In this document: piece after piece, positions 10,808 through 24,065 of the stretch
Layout of the letters: each line of letters opens with the position of its first letter
Numbering within the stretch: the stretch's first letter is position 1
NCBI RefSeq assembly: GCF_964204865.1
Contig: NC_135251.1
Location: 15,252,001-15,316,000 of the forward strand
Source of the DNA: Styela clava
Taxonomy: Eukaryota
DNA: 64,000 bases
Direction of reading: 5' to 3'
Position numbers and translations under genes: made by a program
Notes under the pieces: model-generated
The model's input: the letters and a program-made list of their open reading frames with translations, nothing else
Told to the model about the DNA's origin: nothing
Database searches by the model: none

Positions 10808-13800
10808 CTACTCGTGAGGAAGGTTGTCATAAAAAGGATGACAGTCAATTGGCATAATTGATTTCATTTCTTGAAGATCATTAAATTTCCTTGCACAAAC
10901 TGGAATACGAGATCTGAACATTGGCACCCATTGACTTTGAACATTCTGTACACGGTGTGGTAGCGCTTTCCAAATTGCTTTCTCAAACGAAAGCTTGTAA
11001 CGAATACTACCATCACTTTCGTACTTCAGGGCACGCAAATCATGCACTCTGGGATCTCCTACTCTTTTTCCGGGTCTAATGCTTTGAAGGAACAATTGAT
11101 TCATTCTTTTGAAATCAGTGTGCCTCATTTGGCGAACATGATAGGATGATGGATGGATTCTTGCGGATTCCATAAGTACGATCAAATCTCTTTCAGAAAA
11201 AATGTCGTCTACGATCTTTCGTTCAATGACGCTGTGCATCGAGTCACATTCCATTTGTGTATGTCCAGCCACCAAAAATTTTTGCTCTATATCTATGTTG
11301 TAAGTTCTTGCCAGACTAGAATATGCATTGGCTACCGTGCTATTCCTATTTTGGTAACCACATCCATCGCTCCACAAACTATGATATGCTTCAGCTCGGG
11401 ATTATTACAAATGATTCGCTTAAAATGCTCAAACTGCAAGTAAGCAAATACTTCACTAGAAAGATTGCCTTCAGTTTCATTCCAGACGTAGCAGTAACCT
11501 GCTTTTGATTTCGTATCATATAAAGTGAAATTGTGTACCTGTAGCTTAGTTCTGTAATATGAGGGACTAGCTCTCGTTCTAGGACGTAAAAGCACGGCCT
11601 GTAGATCCATCGTCCAAACGGATTTATTTGCACTTGCAGAATCTTTGTCGGTTATTATTTCTTTTCTAGCATCATCCTTCAGTTTGATATGCAAGCTATA
11701 CACAACTGTACTCATGTTACCATGTTTGTAACCTACACACTTATCACACTGATCCTTTCGGGGAATGAAAACTGAGTATTTATATCTGTGGAAAATCTCG
11801 TTGAAATAAGCTTCACTAACGACCCTCCTGTTTTCTCCCTCTGCAACATTTTGGTAATGTCTGTGGAGGGCAGATATTGTGGTGCCTGGATACAAAAATT
11901 TTATGTTTCTGTAACTTGGCAATTTTCTGCAATAATGGGAGTCTACAGTTGGTAGTGTGCTGAGCCACTCTTTTATAAACTCTCTATCCCTTTCACTTAC
12001 TTTTGCACACTTTCCACTTTTCGGACCTGCTTGAACAACAGCTGTTTGGTTAGAAGAGGTTTTATCTTTAATCCAAGATACCAAAGTTCTGCAAGGCATC
12101 CCAAACGTGGAAGCAAACATTTCTTTGCAGACTGGCAGCTCAGAACCATTCGAAAGCTTTAGTTTGTAAACATATTAGGCCGCGAGCCGAGGCCCTGAAA
12201 AACGCCTAGAAAGTGAGTTTCGTAGCGCACATCAGGTAATTACCTGAAAATGATTTTAAAATGTTCCTCAAAAATTTAGTAACAAATATTGCCTTGTTCC
12301 CACTTCCAAAAGTTGCACGTTTTACGGAAAAGACGCTTTTACTACAAGAAATATGTGCTACGATCTGTCCTATATTCTCTACATTTTCGGCACTGAACAA
12401 TGACTTCTGCATGACGTAACAATTGAATTAAACCAGCTGTTAGCGAGCGGATGAATATTAGTTATTTCTGCTCGACCTTGCGCTGAGTTGGGCAGGCTTC
12501 CATAGCCCTGTTTAGTTATTATTAGTTAAGTTATGCTAAGACGTTGTTGAAAAATGTATAAGTAAATTATTAAACACTTGTAGATCCTTACCACGGATAT
12601 GGGCCGTGAGACGAAACCATGAAAACGCCCAGAAAATGAGTTTCGTAGCGCACATCTGGTAACTAAATAAATTCTTCAGTTTTGTGTGAAAACGAACATA
12701 ATGAACGCATTACAGCTTGTCCCACAATCCTGGTGCGAAATTGAATATAAGAGGTTCCCGGAAATTCAATAACCATAAGTTTACAACGCATACATAAGAA
12801 CTATGCAATTCGCGAGCCCTACAGCGCACTAACACAAATGTATTCCTGTAATGTTTTGCCTGACCAAAATCGGACTTCCTCAGTCAATCATAATTTATTA
12901 GGTAGATTACGAAAAATATGGCATACATGTAACCAACAACAAAAAATACTTTAATTGTGTGACAGGAGTCGGGAGTGACCTCGAAAGCAGCGACACCAAC
13001 AACGCTGATTCACATTTGAGAATAAATTTTATGTAATAACCACAAGCAGTTTACAACAAGAACAGCATAAAAAGCTACATCCATTTTATAGAAGCTATCA
13101 AGTATCAAACGTATTTATTTTTAAGCAATGAAGTCACAAATTAACATCGTGAGCACGAAAACACAAATAAATCAGTTATTTCTCACTTAGAAATTTACCG
13201 CAAAAGTCAAGAAAATTAAATGAATGTACAATATGTACATAACATAGTTAACAGAAATATTACAATTTACAATTAATCTTTTTTTAGTTTATGTGGTTAT
13301 GTATTTGAACAAAGGCAATAATATTTCTAGAAACAGGACTACGACACTAACAAATGCCCGAAAAAAAAATAAATGTATGATACTTATTAAATCAACTGTA
13401 ATATCTAATTCACTTTCTTCTGAATTGTTTTCGAAATCCACTATCTCAAAAATCGACTTTTCCTCTATAGGTGTACTGTGATTTCTGCAGTCAATACAAA
13501 AACAAAAATCTGTGCAATTTAAGTTGATTTTGGCACACTTTCATAAATTATTTTGACTATTTTTCTTTGCAGTTTGCCAACTCAAGAACTGATTTGAGGG
13601 CCACATGCTTCTTCAGTGAATCCTTGTTGGGTGGAGGGTATAATCCTCATGTTTGACAGTGTTAAATAGACGTGCCCTGGTATCATTTACATTCTTCATA
13701 TCCTCTTCAAATTCCTCAGCTTTATTTATTAATACCTCGTTAACCTCAAAAGATCTTCATAGTCGAGGGAAAAAAATGAATTGAAAATCTCAATGAAGTC

Positions 13801-15737
13801 TCCAACATGAATTTGATGGGCAGTTCCAATTGCAGAAAAGTGCTAAAGTATTTCAATATGAATAGCCCATCTAAGCTGTTTGCAACTATTATGATTCTCA
13901 TATACCTTTAAGCTTCAAGACTTCTTGTTTAATCCATTTTATAGCACTGATAGCAGCAGGGATCAGAGCCTGCGTTAGGTCGGATTGGTGGAACATTGCC
14001 GTTTTCTTTTGTAGTACAGTATCTAAAATAAGGAAGAAAATAATATTTGGAGCAGCATGATTTTAAAAATACCCCTAAATACTAACTAATACCTTGAATA
14101 CATAATGCATTTTATCTGATGTACTAAATGAGCGATTATATGCTCATTGCATGTTCTACAGTCCAGCAGTGTTTGCATACCATTACTAGACTATATCTAC
14201 ACTAAATTTTGATATATCACAGTCTGAAATGTCCTATGACAGTATGAGTATGGACTATAGACTATATTTTGAAACATCAACTGTTTGTCTACAACTTCAT
14301 TTCTCACCTCTCAATCATTTCCAATGCTACCTTTCTTTCCACTCCGGCATAACTTATCATTGCTTCCCAGGTTCTTGTCGACTCTATGAATTTAGATTTA
14401 GAACAACCGACATTAGTAAAATTGATTAATTTCTTCTCTTTCACACAACCGTGCATTACAGAAACAGCCATTCATTTCTATTTCCAAATATGCTGTGGCC
14501 TATATAGTAGTATAAGTCTGCTGAATAGTCAAGAAGAGTCATTAAATTAATCATAAACATTTCACGCAAGCCAGAAAATATCGTTGTTTGTGACATATTA
14601 TTCTAGGTCTAGCCTTCCTTGGAGTTACCGCACCGTACCTATTTAACAACGTCTTATGAGCTAGTGCTCAACTAAAATTGCTATTTATGTCAAGGATATA
14701 CAAGTGTTTAATATCTTACCTATACTTTTCAACACCTCCTTAGAATAACTGGACTAATATTACCGGTAACTGAAAATAACTATGGAAAGGCTACTCAACG
14801 CAAAAGCGAGCAGTTGAGTACATCTGATATTCATCCGACCACTGGGGATCCACCTACAGCTGACTAACTTGACTGTTACGTCGTGCAGAAGTCTGCGTTC
14901 ATTGGCCCATGATACCGGAAAAGCAGAGAAAATAGGACAGATGGTAACACATATTTATTGTAGTAAAAGCGTCTTTTCTGTAAAACGTGCAACTTTTGGA
15001 AGTGGGAACAAGGCAATATTTGTTACTAAATTTCTAAGGAACATTTTAAAATCATTTCCAGGTAGTTACCTGATGTGCGCTACGAAACTAAAAGATAAAT
15101 GGCCTCGGCTCGCGGCCTATATGAAGATTTTCTCCTAGATACACCGGATGATCTTTGTTGTTTAACCTCATGTGTCCCAACCAGAGTATTTATGAATATT
15201 TTGCGTTCATTCCAAGTCGTCATAGACCAAAATTTAATGAACATAGCAAGTCTTTGATCTTCATCTACATTCTACAACGTTACACTGGCGAATTTTGACT
15301 TTGCTACAGAATGCAGATCTACATGGTGGCCCTGGTTGACGATTGGGCACATTCTTTTCTTTCCAGTTTCTATATGTTTTTCCAAGGAGGCGCCTGATTT
15401 TTACTTTATTTTGTTTCCATTTATCGTGCACTGGTCTCTTTTCTCGGTTAGGTGAGGGCTCGTCATAGGTTTCAATAGTGCCATCTGATCTTGTAGAGCC
15501 TTCATTGGTATTGTTCGAAATACTCGTCGTGTCCAGATTATCGAGACTTACATCAATATCCAGTATTTCGTGGAACGGTAAATAGCCACTTTCACTATAT
15601 AAATATGCATCGGAATCCCCCTCGAAACCATCGAGCTGAAGCTCTATAAAACTTCCAACTTCATTCACCTCATCTGTGAAAATTAAATACGAATATATAT
15701 TAAGATCGCTCGCTACTATCGCCGTATAAATCCGCAT
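10808..15737 (-). pseudogene. Sola1-type transposase, two frameshifts and one insertion
   Basis: Motifs PGPPC...C...C, SRRKSSYVYKL, VCKEMFASTFG, SHYCR, PRKDQCDKC, MDLQ, YYRTKL, WSDGCGYQNRN, GHTQMECDSMHS. Frameshifts near 15270 and 11375. Interrupted at 12176-15119. True start uncertain. Confidence 0.85.
12176..15119 (-). mobile_element. Academ (AcademX-type) non-autonomous derivative nested in Sola1
   Basis: TAG...CTA termini (TAGGCCGCGAGCCGAGGCC), TIRs of 250 bp or more, 3-bp TSD TAT whose removal restores the host frame. Internal decayed NVNDTRARLF, PPNKDSLKKH, SVLELANC, CAKINLNCTDFCFCIDCRN (Academ C-terminal Cys cluster) at about 13480-13700. Confidence 0.8.
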
Positions 15738-15880
15738 TTTTGGCGTTCAATAACTTACCACGTGTGACACTATCATTTGCAGAAGCATTTCCAAGTAGAG
15801 CATAGTTTCTCAGCTTCCTGTGACTCCATACTGTTAATATTCGACCACTACAATTACTTGTCGGTAGCGTCCAGATGTTG

Positions 15881-16292
15881 AAACAAGAGAGCTACGCACA
15901 AATATATGGACACGTTAGACCAGAGCGAATCAGTCCTTACCGGTACCTTTGACGCTACCGGTACCCTCAAAAAAGTTCTAAATTTCCAGTAGCAAGAATT
16001 TTGCAGAATCAAAACGTACAGCCAGTCATGACACTGACTAAAATCCGTGTTCCCATGGATAAAAAATAATACAGCAAAATTTTATACGAAATATCAAATT
16101 TCATAGAATTCACGCAAAATTTTGAAATAAATAAAAGTAATAGCCTTCTAGCGAAAAAATTAATCTTTAACCGCTGAAAATTTCAAAGCAATTGGTCCAG
16201 TATTCGAAGAGAAAAGCGACTTTTTAAAAACGTGTCAAAGAACAACAACAACATAATATTGAAACGATCGTTATGTCCACTTCGTGTCCAAT
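15881..16292 (+). mobile_element. Helentron-associated (DINE-1/HINE-like) non-autonomous element
   Basis: AACAAGAGAG start, subterminal inverted GGACACG/CGTGTCC, (AAC)n tract, no TSD. Related copies at about 40196, 48097 and 56490. Confidence 0.55.
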
Positions 16293-17506
16293 AAATATAT
16301 ATTTTAGTACACCCTACTTGAACCAGAAAGCGTTGCTAGTCGAAGAGTGTCGTAACGACACCAGAACGTACAAAAACTGGATGCGGACAGGCGTGTTTAA
16401 ATGTGCCTATCTCAATTATAGTCAGTTTAGGCAAAACCAAAATCTGCCCAAGTCCACTTCCTGAGATAGGCAGATTCGTTTTTGCCCCCTAGCGGCTGAT
16501 TTATACCAGATATGAATGTTTGAATAACATAGAAAGATAGATCTTTCCCCAACGAATCCAGCGATACCAAAATCTCAAAATCGACAAAAAGTGACTTAGG
16601 CAATTTTTTTATTAGTGTGACGATATATATATATGGTAGTCATCTCGGATTTGCGTTCGTGTTGTTGCCGGAGTAAAATATTTTGTATTATTCTAGATTC
16701 ACATTTTGTAATATTCTGGGTATCTCTTTTGGCAAATGTGTGTTCAACGATCCACCCACAGCTGCAGAGTGAGCTGTCCTACGGTTTTTAGTCTGTATGT
16801 CACGCACAATGATCAATTCCCCATGTTTGCACAGAAATTATCACGTTTCTGCATTATTGTTTGTAGCTTCATTTCCTACATTTTTTCTTGTATTGCAATG
16901 TAAACATACATCAAATATATACAGAACATTTCGACAGACCTTTGTCACATTGACATATTTTTTATTATATAGTTAAGAGTCGAATTCGAATTTGTTGTCC
17001 GTAAGTAACAACACTGACATTTTACTAACATGTACTAAATTTTCTATTTTGCTCTATCCCGGCTTAATATTTGTTATTGTATTTTTGATTTAACTTGTTT
17101 TATTCAATATTAAAATAATAATTGACTTTTACCAGTAAGTATTTTATTTGTTCCGTCATCACTATGACCACCCGCAGTCGCTAATTATAGTGTTATGGAA
17201 TATTGATTGGTAATACAACATATTACTAGATATTTGTGTTAAATTCCGATATTTATTTTCGTCGTACATGAAACATTGTACTAGTACAAAGTACATTGTA
17301 CCAATACACTGGTACTGGTTTACATTTATTTATGAAGAAAAATATATAGAGATATGGAGATCATATTCGAGCAGCGTAAATGTTTGTCATATATACTTAG
17401 TTTTAATGGATTGTTGCACCTTATTTTGGAAGATTGTGAGTAATTTGAGTTATATATTTCAGTTCTATATTATTGATTAGAAAATATTTTAATCTTCGAC
17501 ATAAAT

Positions 17507-19884
17507 ATGGTATTTTTTATTGCCGTAAAATTGATACTTGTAATGATGATTGCGTATGGGGAGTCTTTAGAAAGTAAAACTTGCGGAACTCCACTGAAAA
17601 AGGACATTGAATGGAATAAGGTGAGTAGTGAAAAATTCTTATTGTATTGACATTACCCAGACTACTTCGATCCGATCAGATCATTATAGTTTCATATAGA
17701 CAGAACCGTCGATATAGTTAGTCTTTTACGTCGGTCGGCAATGCATTTGTTAAAAAAAAATTATTGCTTTCTGTGTTTTGTGTTATTCACATCTAATATT
17801 CACTGTAATGACAATTGTGATATGTGTTGTATGATCGTAAATTTCTTTAAATTTTCATGTGTTTTTTAGCTTCCATCGGGTCCTTATTATGATGTTCTGG
17901 ATATACCTAGATCAGAGAAACCAATCGGCTGCTGGAATATTCAGAATATTACCGAAGAAAAAGATCGCGTGGTTTTAGATATGGCAACATTTTCAAGCAG
18001 GTATAGTATACCACTACATTGACCCCTGGCCTTGAAGCGTAATTGCAATCACCACTGCAAGTACTTTTGTTATCAGGGAAGTCAGCATTTTACCTGTTCG
18101 TCTGGAGTATTTTCGAACGACCAAAACTGGTGTTTACAAGATGAATAGATTTGGAGGTGAGTATATTTGGAGCTGCTATCGGTATATCAAATGTTTACAT
18201 CTATTACTTGAAAATCACGTTGATGTTTTAACGATTTGTTCTATATTTCGTGATTCAGAGATGGAATATAGAACGGCGTTCTACCACTTCAATGATGATA
18301 ATGGCGTCGGAATACGGGAGACTGCAGATGAGGGTGTTCAAATTTCAAATTTTTTACTGTTTGTTTCTTTCGGTGTTACTTATTCTAACAGGAAGCCTAT
18401 GCGAAATGTTTATTACTTTTAGGTGGACATTTTTTTGCAATGTTCACTTTCACTGACTTACATTTGTACATGGGTTGTATTATTAACATGTTTAATCATT
18501 TATGCTATTATTTTCCAATATTATGAGTCACCAATCAAGCTGAATGTTCGCTAGTCGCTACAATTTCAATGTATATTTCTTTGGACAACAACTTCCTTTT
18601 TATCTCCGTAACAATCAACAATAAAAATAATTTGAAGTCGAGCAGACACTTTTTCCACTTTTTCCACATGGTTGTACGCATTGTTTTCTTTATGCCATTT
18701 TATCAAATTACTGAGCCATCAGGTTTATTTCGGAAGAGTTGAAGTTTAGTTGCGGAACCTTGTGAATTTTTTTTCTTCAAATAAACAGGTAAAATTTGAC
18801 AGCGGAGGCTGACAGCTGAATGCGTTTTCGTATTAATTCTTGCCGCAATTCGAGATATATTTAGATTTGTCCAATTTCAATATTTTATACTTTTATTGAC
18901 CGTTTTCGTCAACGAAGATACGATAAATACATATACACCTAAAATACTAATCCCCTGCCTGTTAATTTTTTTCGTATCATTCAATGTTAATCCCACTAAC
19001 AGTAACGACAGTACTCATGTGGATGTTGTGGTTCTATATGGCCCCGTAACACATTAAAATGTAGTGTAACTGTGTAGTGTAAGTAAAGCAAGCACCGGAG
19101 TAACGTTATCAATAAAAACGTTCTTCCTGTTTACAGAGTCTGCAGACCTTGCTCAACACGAATTCATATTTCTGACTGACTACCAGACTTATTTCATGCT
19201 CGTTGGATGCCAAGAAGAAGGTAACGAAAAAGCTTCATTAGAGGCTTTTGGTACAGAAGATCTCTATCCTATCCATATAATATGTAGAATTCATAAAATA
19301 TGCTGTCTCGCAAAAATGAACTTTTTTTCTCGAAATAATATTATTTCTAACACGTCTTGAGATACTAATAAATCATGCTTTCTCATTTAAGCTGCGGTCA
19401 GAATTTGGTTGAAACTAAACACTTTGTTGATTTCTTCCCAGGTTTGTAGGCTACTAATGATCCTCTGGCTGAACAGATACATATGTACAATGTACATACA
19501 TTTCAGTGACTTTTGAAAAACCTTTGGCAACTTGTACTTCAATTACTATTTATTTGTATATTTTGTTTTCGTTATCAGGTTGGATAGCGTACGTAAAAGC
19601 GACCACTCCACATATCACCGTCAGCCAATTGAATCATATATCGAATGCACTAGTGGAGAATGGATTGAAAGCACCGGTGATGTCTGAATGCCGGCGATTC
19701 TGGGAATGTTGTTGTTATTGGTTAAAAATATTTACTTTTCATAATACTGTTGTATTATGTCAAAATACTGTTGTATTTAGACAGAATGCTGAAGCAAAAA
19801 TAAGTGTAACATGTTTTTGTCGACCTAAAAACTTCATTTGCTTTCAGTCACAGAGAAAAGGCGAGGAAGAGTTTAGAGTTATAA
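17507..19884 (+). CDS. Lipocalin-like protein, copy 2, with 17-nt deletion in exon 6
   Basis: Exons 17507-17620, 17870-18000, 18077-18156, 18259-18333, 19137-19220, 19579-about 19719, putative 19848-19884. If unspliced the frame runs to TAA 19919. Signal peptide, GPYYDV and FLTDYQTYFMLVGC are intact. Confidence 0.75.
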
Positions 19885-20454
19885 TATCAACAACAAGTTC
19901 TCAGAACTTCAAGCGCTAAACAAATGTTTGATTATTTGTAATCAACAAAGTTTTATCCAGATTTCATGACATTTTCAATTTTCTTGCAATTTATCGCGTC
20001 AGAAAAATCGAAAATTGAAATTTTGAGAAGGCTGCCTTCGCCTTCAGCAGAAAAAAAATACTCTTCCGAACAAGTCCTCTTTCATTTAGTTAGTTAGCCT
20101 CAACTATCAGGGGAGGTCCTGAGCGCCTAAAGTTGGGTATAATTGGGGGTGAGTACATGGAAAATCAATCAGAAATAACATTGTTTATTTCACACCGATA
20201 GCTCTCGGCAGTTTCAATTTTCACGAATAGATAGCCTCATGTGCGATATATACTTCTAAGTGAGCCGAATAGGCGTGCTTCCAACTTTTGCAACCGAGAG
20301 GAATATATTTGAATGCATAATTTGAGGCAAAACCAGTTGCTACACTCACACAAATGTATTGACATTTGACACAAGGAAAACTGTTGCCGGCTACATCTGT
20401 AATATTAGAGTAACTTCGCAATGCGGAAGGTAGCTAGCTGTTGATCACTGAAGC

Positions 20455-21150
20455 TATTTAATGTCAGATCTGCATTTGTTTGCTGCCCATTTCGGTAGTT
20501 CGTTTTTTATTTGTCAATTTTGAAAACCAGATCTCCCATATAGGGAAACGAAACAGTTCATGTAAACCTTATGTTGCTATGTCTGGGTATTCATCTAAGA
20601 GAATTGACCAAAAGAGTGCCAAGATATATATCGCAAAGATGCTTTTCAACTCATTATCTTATGAAATTTTAATCAACTGTTTTTTAAAAGAAAATCTCGT
20701 CGTTAACAAGACAATCTCATAGTTCGAAGAAGTTTCGAAACCTTCATTTGAGAGCTTAGTATGACAAAGAACGCAAAATGGACAAATTTAGTTGCTCTCA
20801 TTTGCGGTATAAATTAATATAGCAAAAACAATTCATTGTACTTGCTCTTCAAAGTGTTTTATTTATCGGATGATGTTTCCGGTATAACCACACTCTCAGT
20901 TCCGTTAGAAATTGATGCGCAGTCATTCAAGAATTGGATTATTGATGTTTGTTTAGCCATAACTAATTTTATTACAATATGTGCTGCCTGCGAGTCATTA
21001 GCTACATTCTTATCGAGATCTTATTCGTACTGATGTGAGACTTTCTCACGCAGATGCAGGGGACGCATCATTATTGCTACATATTGACGTGGAAATTGTT
21101 TATGAAGTCAGACACGCTGCTCAGATGCGTTGTGTTTGTCTGTCTGGTTT
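20455..21150 (-). pseudogene. Duplicate of the degraded Buster/Charlie hAT transposase
   Basis: Homologous to 6925-7600. LKSKYNELF and DNELKSIFAIYILALFWSILLDEYPD fragments with stops. Confidence 0.65.
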
Positions 21151-21367
21151 GCTTTAATTGCTGTTCTCTTAGTCGTAAGGTTTGTGGTTGGTATATTTTA
21201 GAGGTGTGACTAGGGCCTTATCCGTTTTTGCGTCACCTTTCCGTGGACCGGTGATGGGCTGTGGCCCGATGGTTGCCGACCACTGATGTAAACCACAATA
21301 TTGGTAAACAGGATTGAATTTTTACACACTATGAATAACTTATTTTGCTGACTTGTTTGGTCTAGAT

Positions 21368-23342
21368 CCGTGGTTCTCCACCTTTTTCAGTTCGCGGACC
21401 GATAAAATTTCTAAATAATTTTCGCGGACCGGCGGACCTTCAAAATTAACCAAAAGTGTCATGAACACAAAACATAATCAAAGGAATGAAATTAGGACAA
21501 AAGCATGCGGTGCAGAAAAGGACAATCCAATTTAATAGGAAATTTGCTGCTGTCTTTTTGACATTAAACGTGTTAAACGCTGTTCTAATGAAGTTTCTGC
21601 AGGGCGAAGTAGAGCCGTTTGAGCTGAATAATATTTTGCTGTTTGTTTGGCCTCATTTAACTATCAAACCTCGCTAAATTATAGGCCTACTGTCAAATTA
21701 CGGATCGTGCGAACTGAGAATTTTTCAATCTGGTACCGTACTATGTAGGGTTGAAACCCGGGAAATCCCGAGTTCGGACTTTTTTTTTTTAATCCCGATT
21801 CCGCGATTATTTCCAAAGAATCCCGGGTTTTTAAGGCTTCGTTATCCACATATATAGATATTCTCACAAATTGTAGGATATACCATTTTATTTAATACTT
21901 ATTTTGAAAAAAAAAACATCCATGCTTACAGTTTGAGTCAGTCAGACTAAGTGGAATTATTGTGCAAAATGTTACCGAGGAATTATTATTTGACTAGTAG
22001 AATTGCCATTATTGCCGACTTATTTAATCATCATTTGAACTCAAAATAGCATTCAGGATTTACGCAATGAGTTTGCAGGGTTTTTATTTACTATTTAATA
22101 CGAAAATAAAAATAAAAACAGCCACAATAAAAAAGTAAAATCAAGAAGGTCAACTATCGTCTTCAAAAATATCCGCATTCCGGCGTCAGAAATAAAGGAT
22201 TTTTAGCTTAAAATTAAGGCAGTTAATTTACAAACGGTGACAAAAAGATCAAAGCCGACCCAAAAGATAAACATCCGAATAAAATCCCGAATTCAACTCG
22301 ATATTCGACAATTCGTTAAAATTATTCGATTCGATGGAAGTATACTATTTTATCCACCCGAGCTGTAATCACGCCAGCAATCTGGCGAAACGCGTGATAG
22401 TCCAAACAGTGATGCAATGAAACTTAATGAAACCTTCATAAATTTAGTAAATTGCACTACTTATTGACGATTACTTCATATCTCGAACACAAAAACGGTT
22501 ATCTTTTTTTAGATAGTTTCTGATGATTTTAGAAATGGGAGAAACATATTGAATTGTAACAAAAATGAATTAGGTTGTGAAAAATTGACACTGCATGTGA
22601 TAATAATAAGGGCGTAACGTAGAAAGGCGAGCAAAACCTAAGCGCGTGATCGGAGGCGCGTTTGAATGCCACGTATTACCCGTGCGGCCGCGCAACGTTT
22701 ACAAAAATGTGAGGTGCTCCGAAGACGCTCTCGTTTACATTAATGCAAGAAAACAGTTGTAATATCGGCAACTATTAACCATTTTTTGCGTTCGACTATC
22801 GCACTCTTTATAAGTAGAAAATGTTTGCGTTTTGTGATAGGTGTGCCGCAAATATTTAAATAGCTAAATAGTGTGCCGCCATAAAAAAAAAGGTTGCTAA
22901 CCACTGTCCTAGATGCTCTAATATATCTGTGTCGATATTGCATGAAATAAATAGGTGATTTTATTGTCATGCAAGTTGTTTCAATGTTTTACTTAATCCC
23001 GAAAAATTCCGGGAATATACGGTTCAATACCGGGATTTCAAAAACTTGCTCCGAAATCCCAACCCTAGTACTATGTGCTATCAAACTCCTCCGTTATGAC
23101 GTAGGCCGCCGTTATGAGGTCATAGACTTAACAAATATCCAACCGTTCAGGGTTTAAATGGGCATAGGACCTCTCACCAAGTTCGGTTGTCAGGCGAATA
23201 CCGGTACTACGAATCAATAAGAGTTAAAATAAAATGACGTCAATACTTTGTATTTTGCAATTTGCTAATAATATATTTATATTGGAATATATTTGGCGGA
23301 CCGGCAGCAAGGTTGCCTCGGACCGACGGTTGAGAACCACTG
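21368..23342. mobile_element. hAT Charlie-type non-autonomous element with nested insertion
   Basis: TIRs C(C/A)GTGGTTCTC, perfect 8-bp TSD GTCTAGAT (21360-21367, 23343-23350), subterminal GCGGACCG repeats. Confidence 0.85.
21746..23067. mobile_element. hAT Ac-like non-autonomous element nested in 21368-23342
   Basis: TAGGGTTG / CAACCCTA termini, perfect 8-bp TSD GTACTATG (21738-21745, 23068-23075), many ATCCCG subterminal repeats. Confidence 0.85.
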
Positions 23343-23986
23343 GTCTAGATATCAAACTACCCAGCGTGTATCTTTTATGATGAGATGCAGAATCAACCTT
23401 TTTCGCTGCAGTTACCGATAGAGATTTCATTCTCTCATTCGTAAGTTCATGTATCACACATATTTCAATAGATATTTCAATGTAAGACTAGTAGTATCTT
23501 TCAGAAATAGTCTTCGCAGGTTATCATCAGAAACCCCGATCAAAATTCTGTACAAATAATTGAATAGATTTAGCTGACACCTGTGCTCTCATATTAATTT
23601 GATGTCTCGTTAGTTCTATGTTTGACTTGGGTAGGCATATTTTAGCAAATTTACTTTTCATACATTCTAGCTAGATCATTACGATACCCAGCAGAAATGT
23701 CACCTCTTGCTGACTCCTATGTGAAAGACTCATTTTTGGGCCTGCCCTTGTTTCCAACCAAATTGAGCAGTATGCGTGTTTTAGCTTTGTCATTCAGTGC
23801 TCCGGTGAAAATATCATATTCACGAACGAATGTTCTCCAGTTTTAGCAACATTTTCATCAAAAATCAGAGGATCGACTTCATGTTTGTTTATTGGTAAAC
23901 ACACAACTGTTCCGGAAGCTTGAGTGTGTCATGGATATAACACAGGCATCATAAATAATAGCACTAGGCAGCATGCAGTACCTCAA

Positions 23987-24005
23987 GAGAGAGAGAGAGA
24001 GAGAG
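23987..24005. repeat. (AG)n microsatellite
   Basis: About 9 AG units. Confidence 0.9.
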
Positions 24006-24065
24006 CTCAACAGTGGCATCAAGAGACATAAATCATTAATAATGACTTCATAATTAGCATCTTAC

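Larger units (their letters stand above)
10212..16622 (-). mobile_element. Sola1-type DNA transposon, full length, inactivated
   Basis: TIRs of about 30 bp CGTCA(G/C)ACTAATAAAAAAATTGCCTAAGTCA, flanked by ATAT on both sides (4-bp TSD fitting the AWWT preference of Sola1). Internal DDE transposase on the - strand. Confidence 0.85.
16797..21196 (+). repeat. Segmental duplication unit 2
   Basis: Collinear similarity to 638-7650, including downstream blocks 20030-20440 and 20455-21196. Confidence 0.85.

Noticed and set aside
12206-15138. Near-identical peptides at 12206-12412 (-) and 14869-15138 (+)
   Set aside because: Translations of the two Academ TIRs, not genes.
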